Positions 19,018-27,191 of a stretch of DNA of 48,472 bases are shown here, piece by piece. Each line of letters starts with the position of its first letter. The stretch's first letter is position 1. The translations under genes and the position numbers were made by a program. A model generated the notes under the pieces. That model was not told the DNA's origin and made no database searches. It worked only from the letters and a program-made list of their open reading frames with translations. This stretch comes from Candidatus Atribacteria bacterium (GTDB lineage Bacteria > Bipolaricaulota > Bipolaricaulia > UBA7950 > UBA9294). The stretch covers positions 1-48,472 of the forward strand of contig SPBW01000001.1 in NCBI GenBank assembly GCA_004525685.1, given 5' to 3'.

Positions 19018-19527
19018 CTACCGGTGGGGGAGCTTCTTCGCATTGTCGAGGAATTCCCTAATGACGCCCTTGAAGCGAGACCAATCCAGTGCCAAAGCTC
19101 CGGCAATCCAGATCAGGTAGATGAGGGCCGCTCGCGGCGCATTGAGAGAAGCAATGACAAGAGGCAAGGCAACCAAGGGCGTTGCAAACGACATCGTGAT
19201 CATCTTCGATCGGAAGAAGGCAATGCAGATCGCGGCGATGACGATGTAACCAAGGGCAAGCACGCGGTCGATGAACCCTGCCATCACAAGGTAGGCCAGT
19301 CCAGAGAATACCATCATCATGTCGAAGATGAATTCGCGTTCGCCAATCCATGTTGGCGGTTTATGGTACTTGCGCGCCAGTCGACCGTCGAAGATATCTG
19401 TGGTCCAACCCACGATCATCAGAAGAATGACGGCTTCGAGTGCTTGGGGGCCTACGAAGCCAAGCAAGAGGACTGCTATGGCGACAAGCCCACGTGACAG
19501 CGTCAGAAGATCGGGGAGCTTTCTCAT
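19018..19527 (-). CDS. CDP-alcohol phosphatidyltransferase family membrane protein
   Basis: Polytopic membrane protein with DIFDGRLARK (D-x2-D-G-x2-A-R); the second half of the motif is less clear. Start set at ATG 19527 (GGTGG 5 nt upstream, N-terminus MRKLPDLLTLSRG). Confidence 0.65.
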   Translation of the reverse strand: MRKLPDLLTLSRGLVAIAVLLLGFVGPQALEAVILLMIVGWTTDIFDGRLARKYHKPPTWIGEREFIFDMMMVFSGLAYLVMAGFIDRVLALGYIVIAAICIAFFRSKMITMSFATPLVALPLVIASLNAPRAALIYLIWIAGALALDWSRFKGVIREFLDNAKKLPHR

Positions 19528-19679
19528 CTCTACCACCCGCACCATTGTAGAATCTCTGTGCGTGTCTGCCAAATGTGATTGTCCTTGGGACACTGTTGGT
19601 TCGTGAGCTCACAATGACTAGAATGGGTGCAGGGTTGATTGCGTGTCGGAAGCATCGAGTGCAGAAGGAGGCCAAGGGA

Positions 19680-20246
19680 ATGAAGAATGCGCTGATATTG
19701 ACAGGGGTTTGGTTAGGTATACTGGTTACGGCTTACGCGATTGTCTTCTGGGATCAGGGAATCGACCGGCCGCTTCCGATCTCGCTGCTAGAGGAGCAGG
19801 AGCAACTCGCCGAGCCTGCATATGTTCATCCAGATAGACTATTCAGCGCATCGATACCCATGGGCTGGCAGTTGGAGGATGCTATGTCACCTGCGTGGAT
19901 GACGGATCCCAATGAGAACATCATCGTATGGATCATCGCTAGTGAAGCGCTAGAGTTTGCCGATGCACTGGATGCTGCTTTCGCGCAGATCGAGATTGGA
20001 GACGATTTCACCATGGTGTCATCGGTCTCGCTGCCAATTGGCAGTTGGTCGGGCGAGGACGTTCAGGCGACTTATCGCAGTGAGAGTTCCGACGATGTGG
20101 TGACGGTGATGGCTCGACGGCCGGAAGGCTGGTCGATTCTCTTGGTGGCGCGTGGCCCCGATGGAGCCATCAATGCCTTATCAGAAAACCTTGAGTGGAT
20201 CTGGTCTGAGCTTTCGATTCCTGCCGAGGAACTTCTGCTTCTGTAA
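19680..20246 (+). CDS. hypothetical membrane-anchored / secreted protein
   Basis: ATG 19680 with AAGGAG upstream. N-terminal TM/signal anchor LILTGVWLGILVTAYAIVF, then an acidic soluble domain with no recognised motif. Confidence 0.5.
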   Translation: MKNALILTGVWLGILVTAYAIVFWDQGIDRPLPISLLEEQEQLAEPAYVHPDRLFSASIPMGWQLEDAMSPAWMTDPNENIIVWIIASEALEFADALDAAFAQIEIGDDFTMVSSVSLPIGSWSGEDVQATYRSESSDDVVTVMARRPEGWSILLVARGPDGAINALSENLEWIWSELSIPAEELLLL

Positions 20247-20257
20247 GATGAGGCAAA

Positions 20258-20287
20258 CAAGAAGCGAGGCACGCGCCTCGCTTCTTG
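20258..20287. terminator. hairpin between convergent genes (candidate bidirectional terminator)
   Basis: Perfect 13-bp stem CAAGAAGCGAGGC/GCCTCGCTTCTTG with a 4-nt loop. It lies 12 nt after the TAA at 20244-20246 and about 20 nt after the pmbA stop. Flanking U-runs are short. Confidence 0.5.
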
Positions 20288-20308
20288 AAACAAGGAACAA
20301 GTGTTCGG

Positions 20309-21649
20309 CTACTCAGCAGTTACGGACACTCCCTCCAAACGCACGTAGGGCAATACAGATGAGAACACCCGCTCTGTCTCTGACGACACGCCGGACAGGG
20401 ATTGAAGAACCTCGAACACATTCCCCGCGATCAGAGTGCCAGTCACGGGTCGATCTAGTTTGCCATTCTTGATCAAGGTCGCTGCCTTGGCTACACCCGA
20501 GAAGTCTCCAGAAATCGGATTGGAGCTGCCTGAGAAGCTGCTCACGAGCAGCCCTTGTTTGATGCCTCCAATCAGCTCTTCCCTTGACGGAATCCCAGGT
20601 TTGATCAGTAGATTCGTAGGGCTGATGTTGGGAACAGATCTGGCTGATCCGCTGCTGTGAGATGTATTGGATGCTCCCATGGCAACGGATGTATAGGTGT
20701 TGTGCATAAGCTGCGAGGCGACACCTGATTCGATCAAATGCACCTCGCGATGAGGCATGCCTTCTCGATCGAATGACTTCGTGGACACGCCGTTTCGTAA
20801 GCGGCCGTCATCCGTGACTGTCAGCGACGTGCTGGCGACCAGATTTCCAAGCGAGTCTCCCCAACGGCTGGCGCCTCGCAGGACATTCTTCGCGTTCAGC
20901 TGAAACGCGAGCACCTCAACGAGAATATCCCTAACGGCTGCAGGTGAGAGAATGATCGGTCCCACAAAGGATTCCCCCCTCTCTGCTCCCAATGAACCAA
21001 GAGCATCCCGACACGCCCGCGTGGCAACCGGGACTACGTTGATCGCGTTCACGCTGTGGGATGCATCGAAGTCGAATGCCATGTTGGAGACCATCTCTTT
21101 ATCCTTCGCGGTCACAATCGCGTGGTAGGTGAAGAGGCTGCTCTTCTCAGTCAGTTCAATGCCCCTGCTGTTGACGATGCAGCGCATCTGCAAATGGGAT
21201 GAGAATGCGCCTCCACCGACAACGAGGCGGCAGTCGATTGCCTCGGCGGTCTCAATCATGCGAATCGCCCGCTGGACGGCGTCTGATATCGAGAACGATT
21301 CCGCGCTGGGGTCGTAGAGATTAGCCACTGGCTCGAATGGGACAGGCGCAGGCAGCACATTATTCACATCCCTGGGCGAGGCCTTGGCCAGCTTGACAGC
21401 ATCTGCGCATGCGGTTTCCAGCTCATCAAGTACGTTGGTGCAGGCGAATCCAACTTGATGATTGATGAAAGCTCGAACTCCAACCATCGTCTCTTGCTGG
21501 CTTGTGGCTGTCTGCAGATCGTGCTTCTCAATATCTGCTGATAGAACTCGCGCGGCTTGCGCGTAGATTTCCACTTCGTCTGCGCCGTGGCGCTTGGTGA
21601 GCTGGAGTGCCTCTTGACAGCGCGCGCGCAATTGGGTTTCGTTACTCAC
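20309..21649 (-). CDS. pmbA: TldE/PmbA family metalloprotease subunit
   Basis: PmbA_TldD family pattern throughout. GTG 21649 has GGAGG 6 nt upstream and forms a GTGA overlap with the tldD stop. The track extension to 21748 lies inside tldD. Confidence 0.85.
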   Translation of the reverse strand: MSNETQLRARCQEALQLTKRHGADEVEIYAQAARVLSADIEKHDLQTATSQQETMVGVRAFINHQVGFACTNVLDELETACADAVKLAKASPRDVNNVLPAPVPFEPVANLYDPSAESFSISDAVQRAIRMIETAEAIDCRLVVGGGAFSSHLQMRCIVNSRGIELTEKSSLFTYHAIVTAKDKEMVSNMAFDFDASHSVNAINVVPVATRACRDALGSLGAERGESFVGPIILSPAAVRDILVEVLAFQLNAKNVLRGASRWGDSLGNLVASTSLTVTDDGRLRNGVSTKSFDREGMPHREVHLIESGVASQLMHNTYTSVAMGASNTSHSSGSARSVPNISPTNLLIKPGIPSREELIGGIKQGLLVSSFSGSSNPISGDFSGVAKAATLIKNGKLDRPVTGTLIAGNVFEVLQSLSGVSSETERVFSSVLPYVRLEGVSVTAE

Positions 21650-23037
21650 TGCCGACCTCCGATGGTAGCTTTGCATCGCAGATAAGGGCCACCTGCATCG
21701 ACCTTGGCGGGTTGGCTCTTCCCGCAGGTGCCTGCGCCAAGGCCCCAATGGAAAGCATTGCCAACAGCATCGACGGATCGGAGAACGTCGAACGCGTTCC
21801 CGGAGATGGTAGCGCCTCGAACCAACTCGCCGATCTTCCCCTTCCGAATTCGACGTGCTTCATGAACGCCTAGCATAAACTCGGCGTTGGAATCTGCTTG
21901 TCCGCCGAACCCTAGTCCGCACATGTAATACCCGTCGTCGATACCAGCTATCAGATCTTCGAAAGACGCGTTGCCGGGTTCAATATAGGTATTCCGCATG
22001 CGGATGATCGGTGCATCGCTGTACTCGAAAGCACGCGCGTTGCCTGTTGGCTCGACTCCGAAGTGAGCTGCTGTTTCGCGATTGTGCAGATACGAGCGCA
22101 ACACGCCGTCTTGGATGAGCGTTGTCTTGTGAGTGACAACCCCTTCGTCGTCGACGGGTATTGTCCCGACAGCAAAGGGGCTGTGCTCAGATGCGCCTGA
22201 GTCGACCATTGTTACGAGCTCTGAGGCAACCTTCTGATTCATCTTGTCAGCGGTAATGGCGCCTCCCAGTACGACATCAGCTTCGACGGTATGTCCGATG
22301 GCCTCGTGACTCAGCACTCCCACGAGCCCAGGATCTAGCACCACCGTGGATAGCTCTCCATGCGGATGGGGGGCTGTCAGCTGTTCTACGGCAATCCGAA
22401 CGGCATAGTCAGCCATCTCCTCTGGAGAGAGTTGGCTGAACAGATCGCTCCATCCACCAGCAACGCTGTTTGCCTTCTGACCAAAGCATTGATCGGCGTT
22501 CATCTCGGCCACAGCCATGACACGGAATTCAGGAATGGAAACAAACACGTGGGCGTGGGCACCGTCGCTGGTCACGATGATCTTTTCATCCTGAATCTCT
22601 GCATAGGAAGAGTAGGAAGAGACGATGGTCGAAGCTCCGCCTCGGATTCGCTCATCAATCTTCGTGACCAAGGCAAGCTTCTCCTCAAGTGAGTGTTCGT
22701 CGAGCGGATCACTGGTGGCAACTGGGAATGTTCCTACTCCCATCGTCGCCCTAGCCAGCTCCTTGATTCTATGCTTCTTCGCGCTCGAAGACGTTCGAGC
22801 AGCGTCGCGAGCAGCGGCCATAGTGCGCAGGATGCTTCGCTCCGTTAAGTCGGTTGTGCTGGCGAATCCAAACACGCCGTCGACGAGTGCGCGAACCCCG
22901 ATACCCTGAATTCGCTTGCTTGAAGATTCCTCTAGGATGCCGTTTCGAATCACGATCTGCTTGGTACTGCGTTCCTGAAATCTCAGTTCGATCCATCCGC
23001 TAGAGTGAGAAACGATGCGTGCCAGTAATTCCTGCAT
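21646..23037 (-). CDS. tldD: TldD metalloprotease
   Basis: HEAIGH zinc motif (LSHEAIGHTVEAD) and C-terminal GxC...CGK region. ATG 23037 preceded by AGGAGG. Confidence 0.9.
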   Translation of the reverse strand: MQELLARIVSHSSGWIELRFQERSTKQIVIRNGILEESSSKRIQGIGVRALVDGVFGFASTTDLTERSILRTMAAARDAARTSSSAKKHRIKELARATMGVGTFPVATSDPLDEHSLEEKLALVTKIDERIRGGASTIVSSYSSYAEIQDEKIIVTSDGAHAHVFVSIPEFRVMAVAEMNADQCFGQKANSVAGGWSDLFSQLSPEEMADYAVRIAVEQLTAPHPHGELSTVVLDPGLVGVLSHEAIGHTVEADVVLGGAITADKMNQKVASELVTMVDSGASEHSPFAVGTIPVDDEGVVTHKTTLIQDGVLRSYLHNRETAAHFGVEPTGNARAFEYSDAPIIRMRNTYIEPGNASFEDLIAGIDDGYYMCGLGFGGQADSNAEFMLGVHEARRIRKGKIGELVRGATISGNAFDVLRSVDAVGNAFHWGLGAGTCGKSQPAKVDAGGPYLRCKATIGGRQ

Positions 23038-23267
23038 ACAGCCTCCTAGTGCAATATCCTGCCAAGCTTCTGTCGCGCCCACAAATCAGCATATCAAGAG
23101 TATGTAGCCGTGACGACGATTTTGGTTTACTCAGTCTCGACTTCGGAGCAACCCAGACATGCCCCGTCTAAAGATGCCGACCGTTCCTAGCCCGCATGCT
23201 TGAGCGCGGGCTGGGTTCTATGGAATACTGCTTCGCACAATGCGTGCCATAGCCAAAAGGAGCCACC

Positions 23268-24044
23268 ATGCTGAACAACCCAGTCATCGACGCGATTATG
23301 CGACGAAAATCAATCCGCAAGTACACGACGGAGCAGCCGACAGATGACGTCATTCAAACCATCGTAAGAGCGGGACAACAGGCTCCGTTCGCTGCTCAGT
23401 TGGGGAGTCTTCTCTTGCGACGAGATCTCCAAAAGAACCCCTTCAAAGCGCCGCTGCTGTTCACAATCTGCATCGACATTCATCGAATGGAAGCTGTGAT
23501 GGCGGAGCGAGGATGGCAACGTCGAATGAGCGACATTAGCACCCTCTTGTTAGGAGTCCAAGACGCGTCGTATATGGCTGAGAACATGGTGATTGCGGCG
23601 GAATCGCTTGGCCTGGGAAGCTGCTACTTGGGTGCGGCTCCCTACTACGCCGAACGCCTGATCAAGGAATTTGACCTTCCCGAGGGCGTCTTTCCGTTGG
23701 TGCAATTGACCATGGGATATCCAGCTGAGGATCCACGACCTCGCCCGCGCTACCCACTCGAGTTCACTCTGTTCGAGGATCGGTATCCGCGATTCGAGCC
23801 AGAACAGGTCGCTAAGGCCATGAAGCAGATGGATGATGGCTATTTGGCACAAGATTACTATGCAGAGCGCAATGCCATGATTCCGCTTTCAGAGGACAGG
23901 GAAGAGACGTACACCTTGGAAAACTACTCGTGGACAGAGCACATCTCCCGGAAGCTCGGGCAATGGGGGAGAGATCCGCAGGAGGTTCTGGGTCCGCTAC
24001 ATGCATGCGGCTTCAAGTTGGATGAGGGATCGTCCGGTCTGTAG
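23268..24044 (+). CDS. nitroreductase family protein with C-terminal extension
   Basis: RRKSIRKYT, QAPFAAQ and GLGSCYLG are typical of the NADH oxidase/nitroreductase fold over about 170 aa. About 85 extra C-terminal residues. SD AAGGAG. Confidence 0.85.
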   Translation: MLNNPVIDAIMRRKSIRKYTTEQPTDDVIQTIVRAGQQAPFAAQLGSLLLRRDLQKNPFKAPLLFTICIDIHRMEAVMAERGWQRRMSDISTLLLGVQDASYMAENMVIAAESLGLGSCYLGAAPYYAERLIKEFDLPEGVFPLVQLTMGYPAEDPRPRPRYPLEFTLFEDRYPRFEPEQVAKAMKQMDDGYLAQDYYAERNAMIPLSEDREETYTLENYSWTEHISRKLGQWGRDPQEVLGPLHACGFKLDEGSSGL

Positions 24045-24113
24045 AGAATTCGGCATCCACGCGACTGCGTAGGTTTGACTCAGAATCGCAACCCTCTTAT
24101 CCTGCATACAATC

Positions 24114-24186
24114 GGGTCCATAGCTCAGCGGTTAGAGCAACCGGCTCATAACCGGTCGGTCCCAGGTTCGAATCCTGGTGGACCCA
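24114..24186 (+). tRNA. tRNA with CAT anticodon (elongator Met, or Ile2 if lysidinylated); no encoded CCA
   Basis: Hand-folded 73-nt cloverleaf. Acceptor GGGTCCA/TGGACCC, D arm GCTC/GAGC, anticodon arm ACCGG-CTCATAA-CCGGT, T arm CCAGG-TTCGAAT-CCTGG, discriminator A. G1-C72 pair and no GGG/CCC anticodon stem, so not an initiator. Confidence 0.9.
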
Positions 24187-24190
24187 GTAC

Positions 24191-24715
24191 ATGGATAAGT
24201 TATTCGTTTATATGAATGGTGCAGCCAAAGGGAATCCAGGAATGGCAGCCATTGGCATCGCGATTACGGATCCCGATGGCAACGTCATTGAGGAAATTTC
24301 TCAGCTCATCGGGCGATCCACGACAGAGGTTGCTGAGTATCAGGCGTTGATTGAGGCCTGTAGGTTTGCAGCCGCGCACAAGCCGCAGTCGGTCCTATTC
24401 TTCACGGACAGTCAGAAGGTGGCCAATCACATTAATCGCGTGTTTGAGTCGCGCGCACCGCACATTCAGCGCCTAATTGAGATCGCCATTGGCCTACTCA
24501 ATCAGTTTCCACGCTGGCGCGTGAATTACGTGGACGCTCATGCCAACATGAGAGCACCCCGTCTGGTGGAACAGGCATTCCATCAAAACGTTAGGGTCCA
24601 AGTTGCGCGAGAGCGATTGGAGCTTGTTCTGTATTCGAGGGTTGCATGTCTGTCGGATGTCTCATTGCAGCGGCTGATCGACTTGTCAGAACGACTGTTG
24701 GAAGAGGAAGCCTAG
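24191..24715 (+). CDS. RNase H (type 1, RVT_3-like) fold protein, probably non-canonical active site
   Basis: [30 protein letters not shown] and HANMRAPRL align with the RNase HI motifs TDGSCLGNPG, RMELMA, STDSQY and NERCDELAR. Starts 4 nt after the tRNA. Confidence 0.75.
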   Translation: MDKLFVYMNGAAKGNPGMAAIGIAITDPDGNVIEEISQLIGRSTTEVAEYQALIEACRFAAAHKPQSVLFFTDSQKVANHINRVFESRAPHIQRLIEIAIGLLNQFPRWRVNYVDAHANMRAPRLVEQAFHQNVRVQVARERLELVLYSRVACLSDVSLQRLIDLSERLLEEEA

Positions 24716-25158
24716 TGCGCATCGTCTTGCAGCGCGTCTCGCGCGCCTCAGTTGACGTTGCAGGGGAACGTATTGCTGCAATCGGAACTGGATTGCTTCT
24801 GCTAGTGGGAATCTCTCCTGGCGACTCAGAGATCGATCTGTCCAAGATCGCGAAGAAGATTGCTGATTTGCGCATCTTTGAGAATGAGTTACACAAGATG
24901 AACGCGTCATTGCGCGACATAGGCGGCGACGTATTGGCTGTCTCGCAGTTCACGCTGCTCGCTGACGCGAGCAAGGGGCGGCGTCCAAGTTTCACGAACG
25001 CTGCTGCGCCTGAGCAGGCCTCCTGTGTGTTTGATGCCTTCGTGGAGGCGCTGCGAAGAGAGGAAGTGAACGTGCAAACGGGCAGGTTTGGAGCCAAGAT
25101 GGCTGTTGCGCTGGAGAATGATGGTCCCGTGACGCTCGTGCTAGAGGTTGCGGCCTAG
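24715..25158 (+). CDS. dtd: D-aminoacyl-tRNA deacylase
   Basis: [13 protein letters not shown]...[11 protein letters not shown]...LRIF...[17 protein letters not shown] are consensus Dtd motifs. The GTG start shares one nt with the upstream TAG (TAGTG). The track start at 24646 is an over-extension. Confidence 0.9.
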   Translation: MRIVLQRVSRASVDVAGERIAAIGTGLLLLVGISPGDSEIDLSKIAKKIADLRIFENELHKMNASLRDIGGDVLAVSQFTLLADASKGRRPSFTNAAAPEQASCVFDAFVEALRREEVNVQTGRFGAKMAVALENDGPVTLVLEVAA

Positions 25159-25232
25159 GACGCGACCGGCTAAACTCGTTTGCGTGAGGATTCACTCCCT
25201 GGAGTGGTCCTTTTGTTGTTGAAGGAGGAAAC

Positions 25233-25424
25233 ATGGCAGTTCCGAAATATCGAACATCGCGTTCTAAAGGGCGCATGCGTCGCAATCATTGGCGACACAT
25301 GAACGTATCTGCGTCGAGCGAGTGCCCACATTGTCACGAGACGAAACTTCCTCATCGCGTTTGTCCGCATTGCGGGTACTACAACGGGATGGAGATCGTG
25401 GCCCACGCGAAAACTGACAAGTAA
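25233..25424 (+). CDS. rpmF: 50S ribosomal protein L32
   Basis: MAVPKYRTSRSKGRMRR plus zinc-ribbon CPHC...CPHCGYY. SD AAGGAGG. Confidence 0.95.
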   Translation: MAVPKYRTSRSKGRMRRNHWRHMNVSASSECPHCHETKLPHRVCPHCGYYNGMEIVAHAKTDK

Positions 25425-25459
25425 CGTCACGAACTATTCCTAAGACAAGAGACAACGAA

Positions 25460-25490
25460 CAAGCGGCTCTAGGATTTCTTGAGCCGCTTG
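25460..25490. terminator. hairpin downstream of rpmF, overlapping the 3' end of the convergent small ORF
   Basis: 10-bp stem CAAGCGGCTC/GAGCCGCTTG with an 11-nt loop, followed on the plus strand by T-rich ACGCTTGTCTTGGCTCTCTTCTTCT. Confidence 0.4.
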
Positions 25491-25738
25491 ACGCTTGTCT
25501 TGGCTCTCTTCTTCTCAATCTTCGCCTGTGTCTCCAAACGCTTTCTGTCCACGTCTTCGTCTGAACTGGATGATTGAGCAGCCGAATCCGGCGCATCCGG
25601 AATGGCCTTTGGCACCGCCTTCTCTCGTCTTCGCTTCATCAAGAACAAAGCAAGTGACTTGCCGAATTGCCCGATGAATCCGGCGATCAACGCTGCCAAA
25701 AGCCACTTCAGAACTACCCAGATCTCTTGCCAACTCAT
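25469..25738 (-). CDS. small hypothetical membrane protein (one TM helix, Lys/Arg-rich tail)
   Basis: 89 aa, MSWQEIWVVLKWLLAALIAGFIGQFGKSLALFLM followed by a charged tail ending KKRAKTSVKRLKKS. No SD, but a -10-like hexamer lies 6 nt upstream. The track's 193-aa version has an implausible N-terminus. Confidence 0.45.
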   Translation of the reverse strand: MSWQEIWVVLKWLLAALIAGFIGQFGKSLALFLMKRRREKAVPKAIPDAPDSAAQSSSSDEDVDRKRLETQAKIEKKRAKTSVKRLKKS

Positions 25739-25744
25739 AGGTGA

Positions 25745-25773
25745 ATGGTAGGACAACACGCTGAGATCGACAA
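25745..25773 (-). promoter_or_regulatory. candidate promoter for the small membrane ORF (leaderless geometry)
   Basis: On the minus strand: TTGTCG, 17 nt, TACCAT, 6 nt, then ATG at 25738. Hexamer match only. Confidence 0.3.
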
Positions 25774-25803
25774 GAACGAGGTCCCTGGAATTCATTGCAC
25801 TTG

Positions 25804-25832
25804 TTGACAAGCACGAGATCCCACACCAGAAT
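25804..25832 (+). promoter_or_regulatory. candidate sigma70-type promoter for ftsZ
   Basis: Perfect -35 TTGACA (25804-25809), 17-nt spacer, CAGAAT (25827-25832). SD GGGAG at 25839-25843 and ATG at 25851. Confidence 0.35.
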
Positions 25833-25850
25833 AGCAATGGGAGTGTGCGA

Positions 25851-27191
25851 ATGATGGACGACACAAGACTCGAAAGCACGGAAAAGGGAACTCGGGAGAC
25901 GTGGCGAGAGATTCTTGCTGCGATCGATGATCGGATTCTGCGAGCTTGTCTTCCAGCAGATTTTCGATCGATCACACTGAATGACGAACAGCTCTTCATC
26001 TCCGTCGATTCCGAGTTCAAGAGGGAGTATTGCCAACGAAAGCTCAACAACCTTCAATCTGCTGCAGAGCACGTTGTCGGCATGCGGGAGATCATCATTG
26101 GCGAGCCACCTTTGGTCGAGCAAGTGCGCGAACAGCAGCAGCACGTCCAACATGGTCCGACAGCTCGCATCCTCGTGATGGGGGTTGGAGATGGCGGCGT
26201 CAATGCAGTGGATCGAATGAGAGCAGAGCAGCTCGAGGGTGTTCGCCTCATTGCCGTAGATACGGATCGACAGGTGTTGGATGCATCGCACGTCCAGGAG
26301 ACGCTCCAGTTGGGATTTGACATTACGAGTGGACGTGGAACAGGCGGAGATGTCGAGAAGGGCCGGAAGGCGGGCGTGGAATCGCGATGGGAGATTGCCA
26401 GTCTTGTACGAGACATGGATCTTGTCTTCATCACATCTGGATTCGGCGGAGGTACGGGAAGTGGTGCTGCACCGGTCATTGCTGAGATCGCCAAGGAGAA
26501 TGGGGCGCTAACCGTGGGCGTCATTACGCGACCCTTCTCATTTGAGGGGACGGTTCGTCAGAAACATGCAGACGCGGGATTGGAAGAGTTTCGCAAGGCA
26601 GCGGACGTCCTGATCGTCATATCCAATGATCGACTGCTTGAGACAAGTGCTCGAGGAATGCCCATGACAAAAGCATTCGAATTGGCAGACGGGATTCTCC
26701 ATCAAGGCGTACGCGGCATTTCAGATCTCATCACAGTACGGGGACTGGTCAATCTCGATTTTGCCGATATCAGAAGTGTCTTGGCTAATGCTGGGGACGC
26801 CATGATGGGGATGGGGCGCGCTTCGGGTGCGCAACGTGCCATCAATGCGGCAAAGATCGCCAGCACGAATCCTCTTCTGGATGGGGAGTCAATCCGCGGT
26901 GCACGCAAGCTTATCATGAACGTCACGGGCGGCGATGACCTGACTCTAGGAGAAGTCATCGCAGCGGCCGATCAAATCCGACGTTCGGCAGCCACAGAGT
27001 GCGACTTGGTCTTCGGAGCCGTTGTGCGAGAGGACTTCCAGCAATGTGTACAGATCACGGTCATCGCTGCTGACTTTCAGGCACCGGACATGGTGGGTAA
27101 AGAGCGGAGACAATCGGCATCGAGAGAGCGCATTCGTGCAGATGAGAACCTCGATGTACCTACATTCTTGCGGAGAGAGAAGTTAGAGTAG
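25851..27191 (+). CDS. ftsZ: cell division GTPase FtsZ with about 100-aa N-terminal extension
   Basis: Core ARILVMGVGDGGVNAVDRM, GGGTGSGAAPVIA, ISNDRLLE, NLDFADIRSVL, and C-terminal peptide DVPTFLRR. ATG 25851 has GGGAG 7 nt upstream (track start GTG 25845). An internal in-frame ATG at 26082 is an alternative start. Confidence 0.9.
   Translation: MMDDTRLESTEKGTRETWREILAAIDDRILRACLPADFRSITLNDEQLFISVDSEFKREYCQRKLNNLQSAAEHVVGMREIIIGEPPLVEQVREQQQHVQHGPTARILVMGVGDGGVNAVDRMRAEQLEGVRLIAVDTDRQVLDASHVQETLQLGFDITSGRGTGGDVEKGRKAGVESRWEIASLVRDMDLVFITSGFGGGTGSGAAPVIAEIAKENGALTVGVITRPFSFEGTVRQKHADAGLEEFRKAADVLIVISNDRLLETSARGMPMTKAFELADGILHQGVRGISDLITVRGLVNLDFADIRSVLANAGDAMMGMGRASGAQRAINAAKIASTNPLLDGESIRGARKLIMNVTGGDDLTLGEVIAAADQIRRSAATECDLVFGAVVREDFQQCVQITVIAADFQAPDMVGKERRQSASRERIRADENLDVPTFLRREKLE

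Noticed and set aside
23083-23267. A 14-codon ORF (MPRLKMPTVPSPHA) between tldD and the nitroreductase as a possible TldD/E substrate peptide.
   Set aside because: It has no SD, no Cys/Ser/Gly-rich core typical of modified peptides, and no modification enzymes nearby. It is indistinguishable from a random short ORF.
24045-24190. tRNA gene as a genomic-island integration site.
   Set aside because: There is no integrase, no direct repeat of the tRNA 3' end, and no compositional break that I can see. The flanking genes (nitroreductase, rnh-like, dtd, rpmF) are housekeeping.
25515-26291. 258-aa minus-strand ORF spanning the rpmF-ftsZ gap and the ftsZ 5' end.
   Set aside because: It is antisense to the ftsZ N-terminal coding region, has no motifs or SD, and has typical GC-rich shadow-ORF composition. 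The shorter 89-aa membrane ORF in a different minus-strand frame and ftsZ explain the region better.
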